Shown: positions 33,570 through 44,149, counted from the stretch's first letter. The stretch: DNA of 64,000 nucleotides from Acidimicrobiaceae bacterium (GCA_003164095.1 PLRX01000043.1:47618-111617); one strand, 5' to 3'. Numbers and translations: made by a program. Notes: a model not told the origin generated them from the sequence alone.

Positions 33570-34937
33570 GTGGAAGAAGAGGTCGATGTGGTGGTGATCG
33601 GGATGGGCCCGGCCGGTGAGGAGGTTGCGGGCCGACTTGCCGCAGCCGGACTCGACGTGGTCGGCGTCGAGCAGGAACTGCTCGGCGGGGAGTGTCCGTA
33701 CTGGGGCTGCGTGCCCACCAAATTGATGGTGCGTGCGTCCGACGCGCTGGCCGAGGCGGGCCGTTCGGTCGCACTGGCCGGCACCATTACCACGGGTTCC
33801 CGATGGGATCCGGTGGTCGAGCGGATCGTCGACGCCACGGACGGATGGGACGACGCCCAGGCCGTGAAGCGCTTCGGGCTCCAGGGCGGGAGGCTCCGGC
33901 GGGGTCGTGGCCGGTTGGTCGGACCATCCGGTGTCGATGTCGACGGTGTCGTCCTCCGTGCCCGGCGCGCCGTGGTCGTGGCCACCGGCGCACGGCCGGT
34001 CATCCCTGACGTGCCCGGCCTGGAGGGCACACCGTTCTGGACCAATCGGGACGCGGTTGCGGCCCGGCGAGTGCCCGACTCCCTGGTAGTGCTCGGAGGG
34101 GGTGCCGTCGGGGTCGAGCTGGCCCAGGTCTTCCGGCGGTTCGGCGCCATCGTCTCGGTAGTGGACCCGGCGCCCCGGCTGCTCGGAGGTGAGGAGCCGG
34201 AGGCGGGCGACCTGTTGGCTCAGACCTTCGCCGACGAGGGCATCGACGTGCGGACGTCCACCGAGGTCACTTCCGCCTACCACGACGGCGACCGGTTCAC
34301 CCTCCTCGTGTCCGGTGCGGAGGCGATCTCTGCCGACCACCTGCTCGTTGCCACCGGGCGCCGACCGGACCTGCGCTCGCTCGGAGTCGCGTCCCTCGGC
34401 TTGGACGACTCGGCTGCCCAGGTCACGGTCGACCACCGCCAGCGCGTGCAGGGAGCCGATGGCGTGTGGGCGGTCGGCGACGTGACCGGTCGCGGTGCGT
34501 ACACCCATGTCGCCATGGCTCAGGCCGATGTCGCGGTGCGGGACATCCTGGGCGAGGACGTCGGAACCGGTGTCACCCGCACCGTGCCACGGGTGACGTT
34601 CACCGACCCCGAGATCGGCGCGGTCGGGATGACCGAACGGGAGGCGCGCGCCGAGTTCGGACACGTGCGTGTGGGTTCGACGGACCTGGCGGACGAAGCG
34701 CGTGGCTGGATCCACGGACCTGGTGGCCGTGGTCTCGTCAAGGTGGTGGAGGATACCGGGCGAGGGGTGCTGGTCGGAGCGACGTCGATCGGCCCCAGTG
34801 GTGGAGAGGTGCTGGGTCTCCTCACCCTCGCCGTCCACGCCGAGGTGCCGGTCGACCGGCTCCGCGACATGGTCTACGCCTACCCGACCTTCCATCGCGC
34901 CGTAGGAGCCGCCGTACGTGACCTGGCGAGCGCGTGA
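33570..34937 (+). CDS. class I pyridine nucleotide-disulfide oxidoreductase (dihydrolipoyl dehydrogenase / mycothione reductase-like)
   Basis: DVVVIGMGPAGEE, redox CxxxxC (GGECPYWGCVPTK), second Rossmann fold VVLGGGAVGVE, and C-terminal dimerisation domain AYPTFH. GTG 33570 has a GGGAGG RBS. Confidence 0.85.
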   Translation: MEEEVDVVVIGMGPAGEEVAGRLAAAGLDVVGVEQELLGGECPYWGCVPTKLMVRASDALAEAGRSVALAGTITTGSRWDPVVERIVDATDGWDDAQAVKRFGLQGGRLRRGRGRLVGPSGVDVDGVVLRARRAVVVATGARPVIPDVPGLEGTPFWTNRDAVAARRVPDSLVVLGGGAVGVELAQVFRRFGAIVSVVDPAPRLLGGEEPEAGDLLAQTFADEGIDVRTSTEVTSAYHDGDRFTLLVSGAEAISADHLLVATGRRPDLRSLGVASLGLDDSAAQVTVDHRQRVQGADGVWAVGDVTGRGAYTHVAMAQADVAVRDILGEDVGTGVTRTVPRVTFTDPEIGAVGMTEREARAEFGHVRVGSTDLADEARGWIHGPGGRGLVKVVEDTGRGVLVGATSIGPSGGEVLGLLTLAVHAEVPVDRLRDMVYAYPTFHRAVGAAVRDLASA

Positions 34938-35045
34938 GGCCGGTGCTCGGGTCGCCGGGGCCGCTGCTGCGATGTTTCGCCCACTCGCTCGCGGGCAGTG
35001 ACGCGGAGCGACCATCAGCCAGAGCCGAGCGAAAGGAGCGGTCCC

Positions 35046-35300
35046 ATGGGGACAGGACTCGTAGCGAGCATCCTCGCCTTTGCGGTGGGAGCCGACCTCG
35101 ACTTCGCTCTGACCGCCAACAGTGACCAGCACGGGTTCGACCTCCGGACGGTCGGCGTCATCCTGATGGTCGTCGGCGCAGTGGGTGCCGTCCTGTCGAT
35201 CATCGGGTTCATCGCCGGCGGAGGTGTCTTCCGGCGGCACCGCACCGTCGTGGATGACGGGCAGGGCACCGTCGTGCGTCGCGGCGACACCTACCTCTGA
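35046..35300 (+). CDS. small membrane protein (DUF6458-like)
   Basis: MGTGLVASILAFAVGADLDFAL... with two TM helices. AAAGGAG RBS. Confidence 0.65.
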   Translation: MGTGLVASILAFAVGADLDFALTANSDQHGFDLRTVGVILMVVGAVGAVLSIIGFIAGGGVFRRHRTVVDDGQGTVVRRGDTYL

Positions 35301-35347
35301 CCGGCCCCTCCCCCTCACCCCTCCGCCACCCAGCGCGGGAGGGGCCG
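35300..35347 (+). terminator. hairpin CCGGCCCCTCCC-N24-GGGAGGGGCCGG
   Basis: 12-bp perfect stem that starts at the stop codon. Confidence 0.4.
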
Positions 35348-35478
35348 GTCGCTACACCGGCCGGCGGCGCCCAGTGCGCCGTCGGCCGGGCCCGGTATGG
35401 GCACCTCTCCGGAGAACGATCCGGCTGTCCGGGCACGACCGGAGCATTCCGACCGCCACCGAACGAGCGAACGTATGA

Positions 35479-35739
35479 CACCAGTCGACCGTGGTCACGT
35501 TCGTCATGGTGTTCATCATCCAGTCCACCCAGAACCGGGAGAGCCGTGCCATGTAGACCAAGCTGGATGCCCTGCTCATCGCCAACGAGCACCTCGACGA
35601 GAAGCATCTCCTCGGGCTCGAGCAGCACCCGAACTCCACGATCAAGGCCGTGCAGACCGAAGTGCACGGCACCGGACCGGCCGATGTCGAGGTCGACGCG
35701 TACGGCGCTATGGCACCGACCGATCGGTCCCGGACCTGA
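35479..35739 (+). pseudogene. low-affinity iron permease (Fet4-like, PF04120-type) C-terminal remnant with in-frame TAG (35554-35556)
   Basis: STVVTFVMVFIIQSTQNRESRAM*TKLDALLIANEHLDEK... An in-frame TGA lies immediately upstream at 35476-35478, and there is no N-terminal half. Confidence 0.6.
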
Positions 35740-36073
35740 GCTCGGCCAGCACCTGGCCCGCCAGCTCGGCCGGCACGCCCAGGTTCGCCACGAGCTGCTC
35801 CTCGGAAAGCCCTTCGGCGAGCGCCAGGGCGATGAGCGAGCTCCGCAGGCGGAAGCGCGCCATGTCGAACGATTCCAGCGCCGAGTTCATCTTCAGGAAC
35901 CGTGCTGCCGTGCTGATCGTGGCAATGGTGTCGACGAGGCTGGCGCCGTCCTCGAGGGCGGCCCTGCCCTCGGCCACCGCCTCGGCGTTGGCCGCCAGGA
36001 CCGCGCCGAGTCCCTCGGCGGCGGCCGACCAGCTGTCGATGTCCGCCAGGAGCTCCGCTCGTCGCCGATCCAT
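35708..36073 (-). CDS. hypothetical protein (Ala-rich helical, HTH-like C-terminus)
   Basis: ATG 36073, high GC3. LSEEQLVANLGVPAELAGQVL resembles an HTH. Confidence 0.5.
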   Translation of the reverse strand: MDRRRAELLADIDSWSAAAEGLGAVLAANAEAVAEGRAALEDGASLVDTIATISTAARFLKMNSALESFDMARFRLRSSLIALALAEGLSEEQLVANLGVPAELAGQVLAELRSGTDRSVP

Positions 36074-36177
36074 CGTCCGAGCATATGGGCAGGTTCCGCC
36101 GTGTCGACGAGGAGCCACCGACGAGGCGGTGGCACGGCCGGCTCCGGCACGGCCGCGTGCCGTCAGTCGACGGGACC

Positions 36178-36528
36178 TCAGCCGACGAGGGTCTCGACGT
36201 TCTTGTCGTCCACGTGGACCACGCGCGGTCGGTGGTCCGCCAGTTCGTCCGCCTCGAGGTCGGCATAGGTGAGAATGATGACGATGTCCCCGACGTGCAC
36301 CAGGCGGGCGGCGGCCCCGTTCAGGCAGATCTCACCGGGGGCGCCGACGATGGCGTAGGTCTCGAACCGGGCACCGTTGTTGACGTCCAGCACCGTGACC
36401 TGCTCGTGCTCGAGGATGTCGGCGGCGGCCAAGAGCACCGGGTCGATGCTGACCGAACCGATGTAATTGAGGTCGGCCGCCGTCACGGTGGCCCGGTGGA
36501 TCTTTGACTTGAGCATCCTGCGCCGCAT
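36178..36528 (-). CDS. panD: aspartate 1-decarboxylase
   Basis: [12 protein letters not shown], self-cleavage site NYIGS|VSID, and [10 protein letters not shown]. Confidence 0.92.
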   Translation of the reverse strand: MRRRMLKSKIHRATVTAADLNYIGSVSIDPVLLAAADILEHEQVTVLDVNNGARFETYAIVGAPGEICLNGAAARLVHVGDIVIILTYADLEADELADHRPRVVHVDDKNVETLVG

Positions 36529-36720
36529 GCGCTCAAGGCTACCGGTCCCTCCGACGCAGCTGTGCCGGCACGTCGTCCTGTCTCCCGAATGGCTGCTCAA
36601 TCGGTTGGTAACTGTGCAAGTCGCGCATGCACGTTCGTTCGGTACCTGGCGCGCCGGCCAGTTGCTGGATGTTGTCGAACGGACGGCATCCATCGCCACA
36701 CCTGCACCGAAGACAGGTTG

Positions 36721-37023
36721 ATGACACACGCCACCGGCAGCCCGATGGACCACCGCACGCCACCGGCAGCCACCGATCGTCGGTCGATCCGACGCCGACC
36801 AGTCGTGGCCGGTGCGGTGGTGAACACGGTCGTGTCGTCGACGGGTGGATTCCTCGACTTCGTGCTCGGTCAGTGCCTGGTGCCCAACGCGTTCAACCCG
36901 CTCGCCGGTGCCCGACCGGTGTCCGGCACCACCGGGCCCGCCGGAGGAGCGCCCCCAAAGGACATTCGCCCCTACCCGCTTCCGTCGGAGTGCCGCACCA
37001 TGGGAGTCACGGACGAGGAGTGA
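36721..37023 (+). CDS. hypothetical small protein (possible twin-arginine-like N-terminus)
   Basis: About 80 percent of codons end in G/C from ATG 36721, whereas the upstream part of ORF 36562 has low GC3. The stop lies 13 nt before the next ATG. Confidence 0.45.
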   Translation: MTHATGSPMDHRTPPAATDRRSIRRRPVVAGAVVNTVVSSTGGFLDFVLGQCLVPNAFNPLAGARPVSGTTGPAGGAPPKDIRPYPLPSECRTMGVTDEE

Positions 37024-37036
37024 GGGGAGAGGTGAC

Positions 37037-37354
37037 ATGGGTGACCGCGGCAGTGTCCCAATCACCGTCGTGGGCCGCACGACGGCCCGTGAGATCGGCG
37101 ATCGGGCCGAGGTGGAGTGGGAGTTGGACGCGACGCCCGACCTCGAGTGGACCGAGGTGTTCCAGTTCGCCGAGGTCAAGCGGCGCGAGGGTCCCGTGGA
37201 CTGGACCGAGGGCGGTGGCCCCGATGTGGTGGGCCGCTCCGTGCGGTGGTTCGTACCCTCGGCGAGCCTGGACGACGCAGACACCGAGGTGTCCCGACGC
37301 CTCGAGATCGCCAATGAGCGGTGTACGGGCCCGGATGGGACCGGCGCCCGATGA
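37037..37354 (+). CDS. hypothetical protein (105 aa)
   Basis: GAGGGGAGAGG RBS. ATGA overlap with the downstream gene. Confidence 0.55.
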   Translation: MGDRGSVPITVVGRTTAREIGDRAEVEWELDATPDLEWTEVFQFAEVKRREGPVDWTEGGGPDVVGRSVRWFVPSASLDDADTEVSRRLEIANERCTGPDGTGAR

Positions 37355-38679
37355 CGGCGCCGCAGCGGTTCGCGGACAGGGCCGATGCCGGCTGGCGGCT
37401 GGCCGAGGTGCTCGAGTCCTACCGTGGCCGGGACCCGGTGGTCCTCGGTCTGCCACGCGGCGGCGTGCCCGTGGCCTACCAGGTCGCTTCTGCGCTCAAC
37501 GCCCCACTGGACGTCATCGTGGTCCGCAAGCTCGGCGTCCCCTTCCAACCCGAGGTGGCGATGGGCGCCATCGGCGAAGACGGCGTGCGCATCGTCGATC
37601 AGGGCATGCTGACCAGGGCAGGTGTGTCGGAGTCCGAACTGGCCGAGGTCGAACGGCGCGAGCAGGAGGTACTCGCCGCCCGGGTGAGCCGGTACCGGCG
37701 AGGCCGGGCGCGGGTGGACCTCCATGGGCGCACGGCCATCGTGGTGGACGACGGGGTCGCCACCGGGTCGACGGCCCGGGTGGCCTGCCGGATCGCCCGC
37801 CTGCTCGGCGCTGCAGAGGTGGTGCTGGCCGTACCGGTGGGCCCGCCCGGGACGCTCCGCCAGGTGCCTGAGGCCGATGCCGTGGTGGCTGTGGAGGAGC
37901 CGGTCGACTTTCGGGCCGTGGGCTCCCACTATGTCGACTTCTCGCCCACGAGCGACGACGACGTGGTGGTGCTGCTGGACAGGGCGTCGCGGCAGCTCCT
38001 GGGCGACAATCGACAGGCGGAGTCCGTCGATTGTGACATTGACGTCGAGTTCGGCGTCGACGGGGTGGAGCTGCAGGGTCACCTGCACCTCCCGGAACCG
38101 TCCCCTGCCGTGGTCGTGTTCGCCCATGGCAGCGGCAGCAGCAGGCACAGCCCCCGCAATCGGCTCGTGGCCGACGTGCTGTACGACGCCGGCATCGGCA
38201 CGTTCCTCCTCGACCTCCTCACCCCGGCGGAGGAGCACGACCGGCGCTTCGTGTTCGACGTCGATCTCCTGGCCCAGCGCCTGTCGGCAGCCACCGACTG
38301 GGTCCTCGAGCGTCACGAGGTGCGGGAGGCACGGGTGGGCTATTTCGGTGCCAGCACGGGGGCCGCCGCCGCACTCGTCGCTGCAGCCGAGCGACCCGGA
38401 GTGGTGTCCGCCTTGGTCGCACGGGGTGGCCGGCCCGACCTGGCCTTGGCGCGACTCCACCTGGTCACCGCGCCGACCCTGCTCATCGTGGGGAGTGAGG
38501 ACGTGGCCGTGCTGGGCCTCAACCGCACGGCGCTCGACGCCCTCGGGGGCCCGGCCCGCCTGGTCGTCGTCGACGGTGCCAGCCACCTCTTCGAGGAGCC
38601 GGGGACACTGGGTGAAGCGGCTCTGCTCGCCCGCGACTGGTTCTCGCAGTACCTGCTCGGCGATAGCGTCCCGGCGTGA
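37351..38679 (+). CDS. phosphoribosyltransferase domain fused to dienelactone hydrolase-like alpha/beta hydrolase
   Basis: PRTase part: [13 protein letters not shown] and PRPP loop [13 protein letters not shown]. Hydrolase part: [29 protein letters not shown] and LLIVGSEDV. Confidence 0.8.
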   Translation: MTAPQRFADRADAGWRLAEVLESYRGRDPVVLGLPRGGVPVAYQVASALNAPLDVIVVRKLGVPFQPEVAMGAIGEDGVRIVDQGMLTRAGVSESELAEVERREQEVLAARVSRYRRGRARVDLHGRTAIVVDDGVATGSTARVACRIARLLGAAEVVLAVPVGPPGTLRQVPEADAVVAVEEPVDFRAVGSHYVDFSPTSDDDVVVLLDRASRQLLGDNRQAESVDCDIDVEFGVDGVELQGHLHLPEPSPAVVVFAHGSGSSRHSPRNRLVADVLYDAGIGTFLLDLLTPAEEHDRRFVFDVDLLAQRLSAATDWVLERHEVREARVGYFGASTGAAAALVAAAERPGVVSALVARGGRPDLALARLHLVTAPTLLIVGSEDVAVLGLNRTALDALGGPARLVVVDGASHLFEEPGTLGEAALLARDWFSQYLLGDSVPA

Positions 38680-40001
38680 CGATCGCCTCGGCGCGGGGGC
38701 CGGCGCCCGAGGAGGTCCTCACCGAGATCCGCTCCCGCGCCCGCCCGTTGCGGACGGCGGCCGACCTCGACAGCCTGGTGGCGCGTGTGGCAGGTGATCG
38801 CTTCGTCTGCATCGGCGAGGCGTCGCACGGCACCCACGAGTTCTACGAGTGGCGGTGCGTCCTGAGTCGGCGTCTGATCGAGGAGCACGGGTTCACCTGG
38901 ATCGGCGTCGAAGGTGACTGGCCGGACTGCTGGCGTCTCAATCGCTGGGTCCGGGGACTCGACGACACCGAGACCGCGGCGCGGCGCGTCCTCGGCGGAT
39001 TCGAACGGTGGCCGACGTGGATGTGGGCCAACGAGGAAGTCGCCGAGTTCCTCACCTGGCTGCGGGAGTGGAACCTGTCCCGTCCCGAGGCCGAACGGGT
39101 GGGCTTCTACGGACTGGACGTCTATTCGCTGTGGGACTCGTTGCGCGAGATCATCGGCTGGCTCGAACAGCACGCCCCCGGATCGGTGGAGGCCGCTCGC
39201 CAGGCATGGCAGTGCTTCGTCCCCTACCAGGAGGATCCCCACCGCTACGCCCGGAGCACCCGGCTGGTCCCGCAGTCGTGCGAACCGGACGTCGTGGCCC
39301 TGTTGACTGAGGTCCGACGGCGTGCGGGCACCCGATCCGCCGATGACGAGGGAGCCTTCGACGCCTGGCAGAACGCCGAGGTGGCGGTCGATGCGGAGCG
39401 GTACTACCGGATCATGGTGCAGGGTGACCGCGAGTCGTGGAACGTGCGGGACCACCACATGGTCGACACGGTGGAACGCCTCGCCCATCATCTGGGCACC
39501 GGCTCGAAGGGGTTGGTGTGGGCCCACAACACCCACGTGGGCGATGCCCGGGCCACCGACATGGCCCGCGCCGGCCTGGTGAACGTCGGACAGCTCCTGC
39601 GCGAACGGTTCGGCCACGACGTGGTCTCGCTGATCGGGATCGCCTGCCACCGGGGCTCGGTGATCGCCGCGCCCGCCTGGGGTGAGCCCGAGGCCGTCCT
39701 CGAGGTGCCCGTCGCCCGGGTGGGGAGCCACGAGGACCTGCTGCATGCCGCGCTGGGTGGGCCGGCCGTCCTGGAGTTCGGCGGCGACGCGAGCGGGCCG
39801 TGGTCGTCGTCCTGGCTCGGGCACCGGGCGATCGGTGTCGTCTACGACCCGCGCCGCGAGGCGGGCAACTACGTGCCGACCCGCATCGGAGAGCGGTACG
39901 ACGCCCTGCTGTGGCTGGAGGCGACTAGTGCGCTGCGCCCGCTCCACCACGAGGGACCGCCGACCGAGTCCGAATTCGAGACCGAGCCCACCGGATTCTG
40001 A
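38676..40001 (+). CDS. erythromycin esterase (Ere/ChaN-like) family protein
   Basis: [22 protein letters not shown] and [18 protein letters not shown] overlap with the upstream stop. Confidence 0.8.
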   Translation: MTIASARGPAPEEVLTEIRSRARPLRTAADLDSLVARVAGDRFVCIGEASHGTHEFYEWRCVLSRRLIEEHGFTWIGVEGDWPDCWRLNRWVRGLDDTETAARRVLGGFERWPTWMWANEEVAEFLTWLREWNLSRPEAERVGFYGLDVYSLWDSLREIIGWLEQHAPGSVEAARQAWQCFVPYQEDPHRYARSTRLVPQSCEPDVVALLTEVRRRAGTRSADDEGAFDAWQNAEVAVDAERYYRIMVQGDRESWNVRDHHMVDTVERLAHHLGTGSKGLVWAHNTHVGDARATDMARAGLVNVGQLLRERFGHDVVSLIGIACHRGSVIAAPAWGEPEAVLEVPVARVGSHEDLLHAALGGPAVLEFGGDASGPWSSSWLGHRAIGVVYDPRREAGNYVPTRIGERYDALLWLEATSALRPLHHEGPPTESEFETEPTGF

Positions 40002-40040
40002 CGGGCGCAGAGCCGGGGGGTCTGCGGTCCCGATCGACGG

Positions 40041-42998
40041 TCAGTGGACGACGGCGAGGACTGCGTGTGTCGGCTGCGACGCCGAGCTGTCTCCCACGGC
40101 GATCGAGTAGGAGCCGGGAACGGTGGTCCAGCCGGTCGACTGGAAACTCTCCAGTTGAGAGTGCGGCACCGTGAGTGTGACGGTCTGGGCGGTGCCCGGA
40201 GCGAGCGTGACCGGGGCGAATGCCGCCAGCTGGCCGGGAGGCTCGTCGGCCGGCTTGGGGAAGGTCAGGTAGGCCTGGGCGACATCGGTCCCTGCACGGT
40301 GGCCCGTGTTGGCCACGCGCACGGTCAACGCGTAGCCGTCGGCCACTGGTGCCACCCGCAGATGGCTGAACGAGAACGTCGTGTAGGACAACCCGAAGCC
40401 GAAGGGGAACAGCGGCTTCGTGCCGGTCGCATGGTCGTACCGGTACCCGACGTCAAGGCCCTCGGACAGCGTGGAGGTCAGCCCGATGCCGGGCCACTGG
40501 CTCACCTTCGACACGGCGGACTTCGCCAGTGAGGTCGGAAAGGTGACGGGCAGGTGCCCGGAGGGATCGACCGCCCCGGTCAGCACGGCGGCGATGGCCG
40601 TGCCGTCCTCCTCCCCCGGGTACCAGTCCTCGACCACGGCCTGGACCTTGTCGAGCCATGGCATGACCACCGGCCCGTCGGTGTTGAGGACGACGACGGT
40701 GTGCGGGTTGGCCGCCGCCACGGCGGAGATCAACGCGTTCTGGTCACCCGGCAGCAGCAGGTTGGGCCGGTCGAATGTCTCAGCGGTGTAGTCGGCGGCG
40801 AAGACGACGGCCACCGACGACCGCTTGGCCAGTGCGACGGCCCGGTCGACGGCGCCGCCGACATACGCCATGCCGAGGTCGATGATGCTCGGGACGGCGA
40901 GGGTGGTGGCGTCCGGCACCGGCGTCCACCGCAGCGCCAGCTGGTAGGGGTGCCCGGCACGAAGGCGGATCGATCCCGACCACGTTCCGGTGTCGTGGAT
41001 CACCAGGTCCGTGACCGCCGGGTGTCCGTCCAGCGTGAGCGCTGCCGCCCCCGTTCCGGCCACCGAGAACGTGTACAGCCCGGAGCGCGGCACCGTCAGG
41101 TGGCCGGTCCAGGACGCCGTCGTGGCCGTCCATCCCGATGGCAGCTGGATCCTCGTCGCGCCGCCCGCCGTCGGGTCGAGGTCGGCCAGTGCGCCTCGGG
41201 CGTCCCGGTCGGACGGGAGTCGTCTCGGGCGCTCGGCCGGAGGGTTGGTGCGCACCTTGTCGCGGTCGGAGCCCGGGACGATCGGCTGCGGCAGGACGGT
41301 GGCTGCGGCGACCGGATCGACCGTGCTGATCGACTGTCCGGGACCTGCGGCCGGGCCCACGGTCAGGAGGAGTCCGTGACCCGTACCCGAGGGGGGGGTC
41401 AGGTAGGAGGTGGGCACCGATGGGAGATGACGGGTGGTGGAGCCACCTTCTGCGTAGGCCACCGTTGCCTTGCCGGCCAGGGCGGTGGTCAGGCCCTCCA
41501 GGGGAGTCGAGGTGAACGGTGGCACCACGTGCGACGAGCCGAAACCCTGGGTGACCGGGCGGGTGGAAGCGTCCGCGCCGATGACCGCCACCGAGTTCAG
41601 GCGCTTGCCCGACAGTGGCAGCGCGTTCGAGGCGTTCTTCAGGAGCACGGCCGATCGCTCCGCCGTGGTCAGCGCGAACTCGGTGTGCACGGCCGAGTCG
41701 ACCGGGGTCCCGGGGGCGCCCGTCGCCGGTCGGCCGATCACGCCGAAGGCGAACATCTCTGTCAGGACCCGCGTCAGGTCGTCGTCGATCGAGTCCATCG
41801 TGAGCTTCCCGGTCGCCACGGCGTCGGACAGCACGTCGGACACCCCCGGCTTCAGCAGCTGCACGCCGGATCCCATGGCCACCGGCTCGTCATGGACGGC
41901 ACCGAGGTCGGACCGCACGAATCCGGCGAATCCCCACTCCTGGAGGACGAGTCCGAGCGCAGGGTCCTGGCACTGGAACGTGCCGTCGAGGCGGGGGTAG
42001 GCGCACATGAGCGTGGCCACGTGGGCACCGGTCACCGCCGCCTTGAAGGGAGGGAGGTAGATCTCCTGCAGTGCACGGTCGGGCACCTGTTCGTCGAGCG
42101 CACCGCGGTTGGTCTCCTGGGTGTAGACGGCAAGGTGCTTGGCGTCGGCCATCACGCCTCGGGCCTGCAGCCCCTCGATGTCGGCCGAGCCCAGCACCGA
42201 GGTGAGGAGCGGGTCCTCACCGTAAGACTCGTCGGCCCGGCCGCTCGTCGGCACCAGGTCGATGTTGAGGTTGGGCCCCTGGCTGACGTCGATTCCCTGC
42301 CCGGCGGCTTCGGAGCCGATCAGGTCGCCGTACTGGAGGGCGACCGACGGGTCGAATGTGGCGCCGACGGCCAACGGTACCGGTAGCTGGGTCACGCCGG
42401 TGTCGCCGAAGGCCAGGCCCCAGGGGCCGTCGGACAGGGTGAGGGACGGGATGCAGAGGCGGGCCACCCCGTGGTTCACGTTCTCGTAGTCGCCCGACGT
42501 GGTGAGGATGAGCTCACCCAGCTTCTCGGCCAGGGTCATCCTGGAGATGACCAGGGTGGCCAGCGTGGCGGGCGGGTCGCCCGCGGCCATGGCCTGGGCC
42601 AGCCACGGGCAGTCCGTCACGGGCATCGGTGGAGTCGGCAGGCCGGTGGCGGCGCCGGCCGCGGGCCGCGTCGACGGCGGGACCGGGACGGTGGCCGTGG
42701 CGGCACCGGCAGCCGTCGGCACGGTGGCGCAGGCGAGGGCCCCGATCACCGCGGCGGCCGTCACCAGGGTGGCGAGCCCGGTCCCGGCCGTCCCCCGCAG
42801 CCCGGGTCGCCCTGACCTCCACCGGTCACGGCGCGCGGGACCGTGGTCCGGCCCACGATGGGCCGCCCGGAGGCGCGCTGCACGACCGGCAGGAGGGCTC
42901 GACACGGCACGATCGTACGGGGCGGTCGCACCGCAGCGTGGGCACCTGCCGCCCGCGGCCCGAACGGCGCCCCCGGGTGCCATCATGGAGCTACGCAC
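40041..42998 (-). CDS. secreted glycoside hydrolase family 3 (beta-glucosidase-like) with an inserted PA14-like domain and C-terminal Fn3-like domain
   Basis: GH3 motifs (GPWGLAF, KHLAVYTQE, GFVRSDLGA, VVLNTDGPVVMPW). Arg-rich signal-like N-terminus. Confidence 0.85.
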   Translation of the reverse strand: MRSSMMAPGGAVRAAGGRCPRCGATAPYDRAVSSPPAGRAARLRAAHRGPDHGPARRDRWRSGRPGLRGTAGTGLATLVTAAAVIGALACATVPTAAGAATATVPVPPSTRPAAGAATGLPTPPMPVTDCPWLAQAMAAGDPPATLATLVISRMTLAEKLGELILTTSGDYENVNHGVARLCIPSLTLSDGPWGLAFGDTGVTQLPVPLAVGATFDPSVALQYGDLIGSEAAGQGIDVSQGPNLNIDLVPTSGRADESYGEDPLLTSVLGSADIEGLQARGVMADAKHLAVYTQETNRGALDEQVPDRALQEIYLPPFKAAVTGAHVATLMCAYPRLDGTFQCQDPALGLVLQEWGFAGFVRSDLGAVHDEPVAMGSGVQLLKPGVSDVLSDAVATGKLTMDSIDDDLTRVLTEMFAFGVIGRPATGAPGTPVDSAVHTEFALTTAERSAVLLKNASNALPLSGKRLNSVAVIGADASTRPVTQGFGSSHVVPPFTSTPLEGLTTALAGKATVAYAEGGSTTRHLPSVPTSYLTPPSGTGHGLLLTVGPAAGPGQSISTVDPVAAATVLPQPIVPGSDRDKVRTNPPAERPRRLPSDRDARGALADLDPTAGGATRIQLPSGWTATTASWTGHLTVPRSGLYTFSVAGTGAAALTLDGHPAVTDLVIHDTGTWSGSIRLRAGHPYQLALRWTPVPDATTLAVPSIIDLGMAYVGGAVDRAVALAKRSSVAVVFAADYTAETFDRPNLLLPGDQNALISAVAAANPHTVVVLNTDGPVVMPWLDKVQAVVEDWYPGEEDGTAIAAVLTGAVDPSGHLPVTFPTSLAKSAVSKVSQWPGIGLTSTLSEGLDVGYRYDHATGTKPLFPFGFGLSYTTFSFSHLRVAPVADGYALTVRVANTGHRAGTDVAQAYLTFPKPADEPPGQLAAFAPVTLAPGTAQTVTLTVPHSQLESFQSTGWTTVPGSYSIAVGDSSASQPTHAVLAVVH

Positions 42999-43124
42999 GT
43001 CGGGGTCCGTGCTTCACGGATTCCTCATCCGGCCCCCACGGTTCCCTCACTTCCGACTGGCACGGTGCAGGTGACAGGAACGGCAGGCCGTACCGCTGCC
43101 CCGACCAGAATTCAAGGAGTACCA

Positions 43125-43553
43125 ATGCTCAAGAAGCTCATCGCCCCCGTCGCCATCGGTGGGGCGCTGCTCGGCAGCCTCGCCATGGGCGGTGTCGCCA
43201 CCGCTGCCACACCGGCCACCCCCACGTCCGCCCACGTCCGCGAACACAGGGCCCACCAATGGCTGAGGGCGTACCGCAAGGGCCTCCGGGCCGAGGGGCT
43301 CGCCATCAGCGCCTCCACCATCGGCATCACCCCGCAGACGCTCAAGGCAGACCTCAAGTCGGGCAAGTCGATCGCCCAGGTGGCGGCAGTCAACGGCTCC
43401 GGTGCCGCCGCCGTCGAGTCGGCCCTGACGACTGCGGCCGACAACGCAGTCAACCAGGCCGAGACGGCCGGCACGCTGACTGCGCCGCAGGCCTCCAAGG
43501 TCGAGGCAAGGCTGCCGACACGTATCGACAAGCTCGTCAATCACGTCTTCTGA
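43125..43553 (+). CDS. secreted hypothetical protein
   Basis: AAGGAG RBS. Signal peptide MLKKLIAPVAIGGALLGSLAMGGVATA. Confidence 0.6.
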   Translation: MLKKLIAPVAIGGALLGSLAMGGVATAATPATPTSAHVREHRAHQWLRAYRKGLRAEGLAISASTIGITPQTLKADLKSGKSIAQVAAVNGSGAAAVESALTTAADNAVNQAETAGTLTAPQASKVEARLPTRIDKLVNHVF

Positions 43554-43559
43554 TCGTCG

Positions 43560-43584
43560 ATCTGCCGGCGGCCCGCCGGCAGAT
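43560..43584. terminator. perfect hairpin ATCTGCCGGCG-GCC-CGCCGGCAGAT
   Basis: Lies between convergent genes, 7 nt after the stop. Confidence 0.55.
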
Positions 43585-43690
43585 GCTCACGAGTGACCGG
43601 CCGCAGGCCGTGGGTGGGACCTCCCGCCCGCGGCCTGTCGTCGTTCCCGGGTCCGCAACGGGTCGGTGGGCGCGTTTCGCGTGGGAGGCC

Positions 43691-44149
43691 CTAGCCGGTG
43701 CCGTCGCCGACGAGGCACCAGCCGTGGACGTGGCGACGGGCGTCCGTGCAGGACACCACCTCCCACGCCTCCGGCGTCCACACGAAGACGGCGGCCTGCC
43801 CGAATCTCCGGCCGAGGGCGATGCCCTCCGCCTCCGTCATCCCGGTGACGGCCACGCCGTCCTCGTGGTGGAGTACCTCGGGATCGCGACCCGTGGCGGG
43901 CCAGTGCCGGAGCCCGCGCCGGTCGAGGTCGGCCACCAGTGCCTCGTTGGCTGCCCGGTTGATCTCCTCGGGACGCACTTCGCTGTCGGGGTTCCACGCC
44001 GTCACGACGACCACCGGGGCATCCAGGCCGTCGGGCCAGATCCCGGCGGTCCCGGGCCGGTCGGGCACCAGGCGCATCAGCGGGTGCCCCGGCGGCGCGA
44101 GGTCGACGACGGCCCGGTCGTAGGACGACCACTGCTCGTCAGTGGCCAC
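43691..44149 (-). CDS. DUF3293-like protein
   Basis: VVVVTAWNPDSE...NEALVADL...GQAAVFVW pattern. Confidence 0.55.
   Translation of the reverse strand: MATDEQWSSYDRAVVDLAPPGHPLMRLVPDRPGTAGIWPDGLDAPVVVVTAWNPDSEVRPEEINRAANEALVADLDRRGLRHWPATGRDPEVLHHEDGVAVTGMTEAEGIALGRRFGQAAVFVWTPEAWEVVSCTDARRHVHGWCLVGDGTG

Noticed and set aside
34974-34998. An additional SigB/F-like promoter GTTT-N15-GGGCAG upstream of the DUF6458-like gene, and GGTTT-N15-AGGAAG on the minus strand near 25835-25860.
   Set aside because: The -10 hexamers deviate from GGGTA at the most conserved positions. In GC-rich DNA such partial matches are expected by chance. I did not list them as features.
33262-35556. Reassignment of TAG to Gln (or suppression) as the explanation for the two in-frame TAG codons.
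   Set aside because: The sigma factor (TAG at 28836-28838) and the acetyltransferase (TAG at 9154-9156) end at TAG exactly where their families end. Reading through would add long nonsense tails. The iron permease copy also carries an in-frame TGA and lacks its N-terminus. Two CAG-to-TAG nonsense mutations are the simpler reading. A genome-wide census is still worthwhile.
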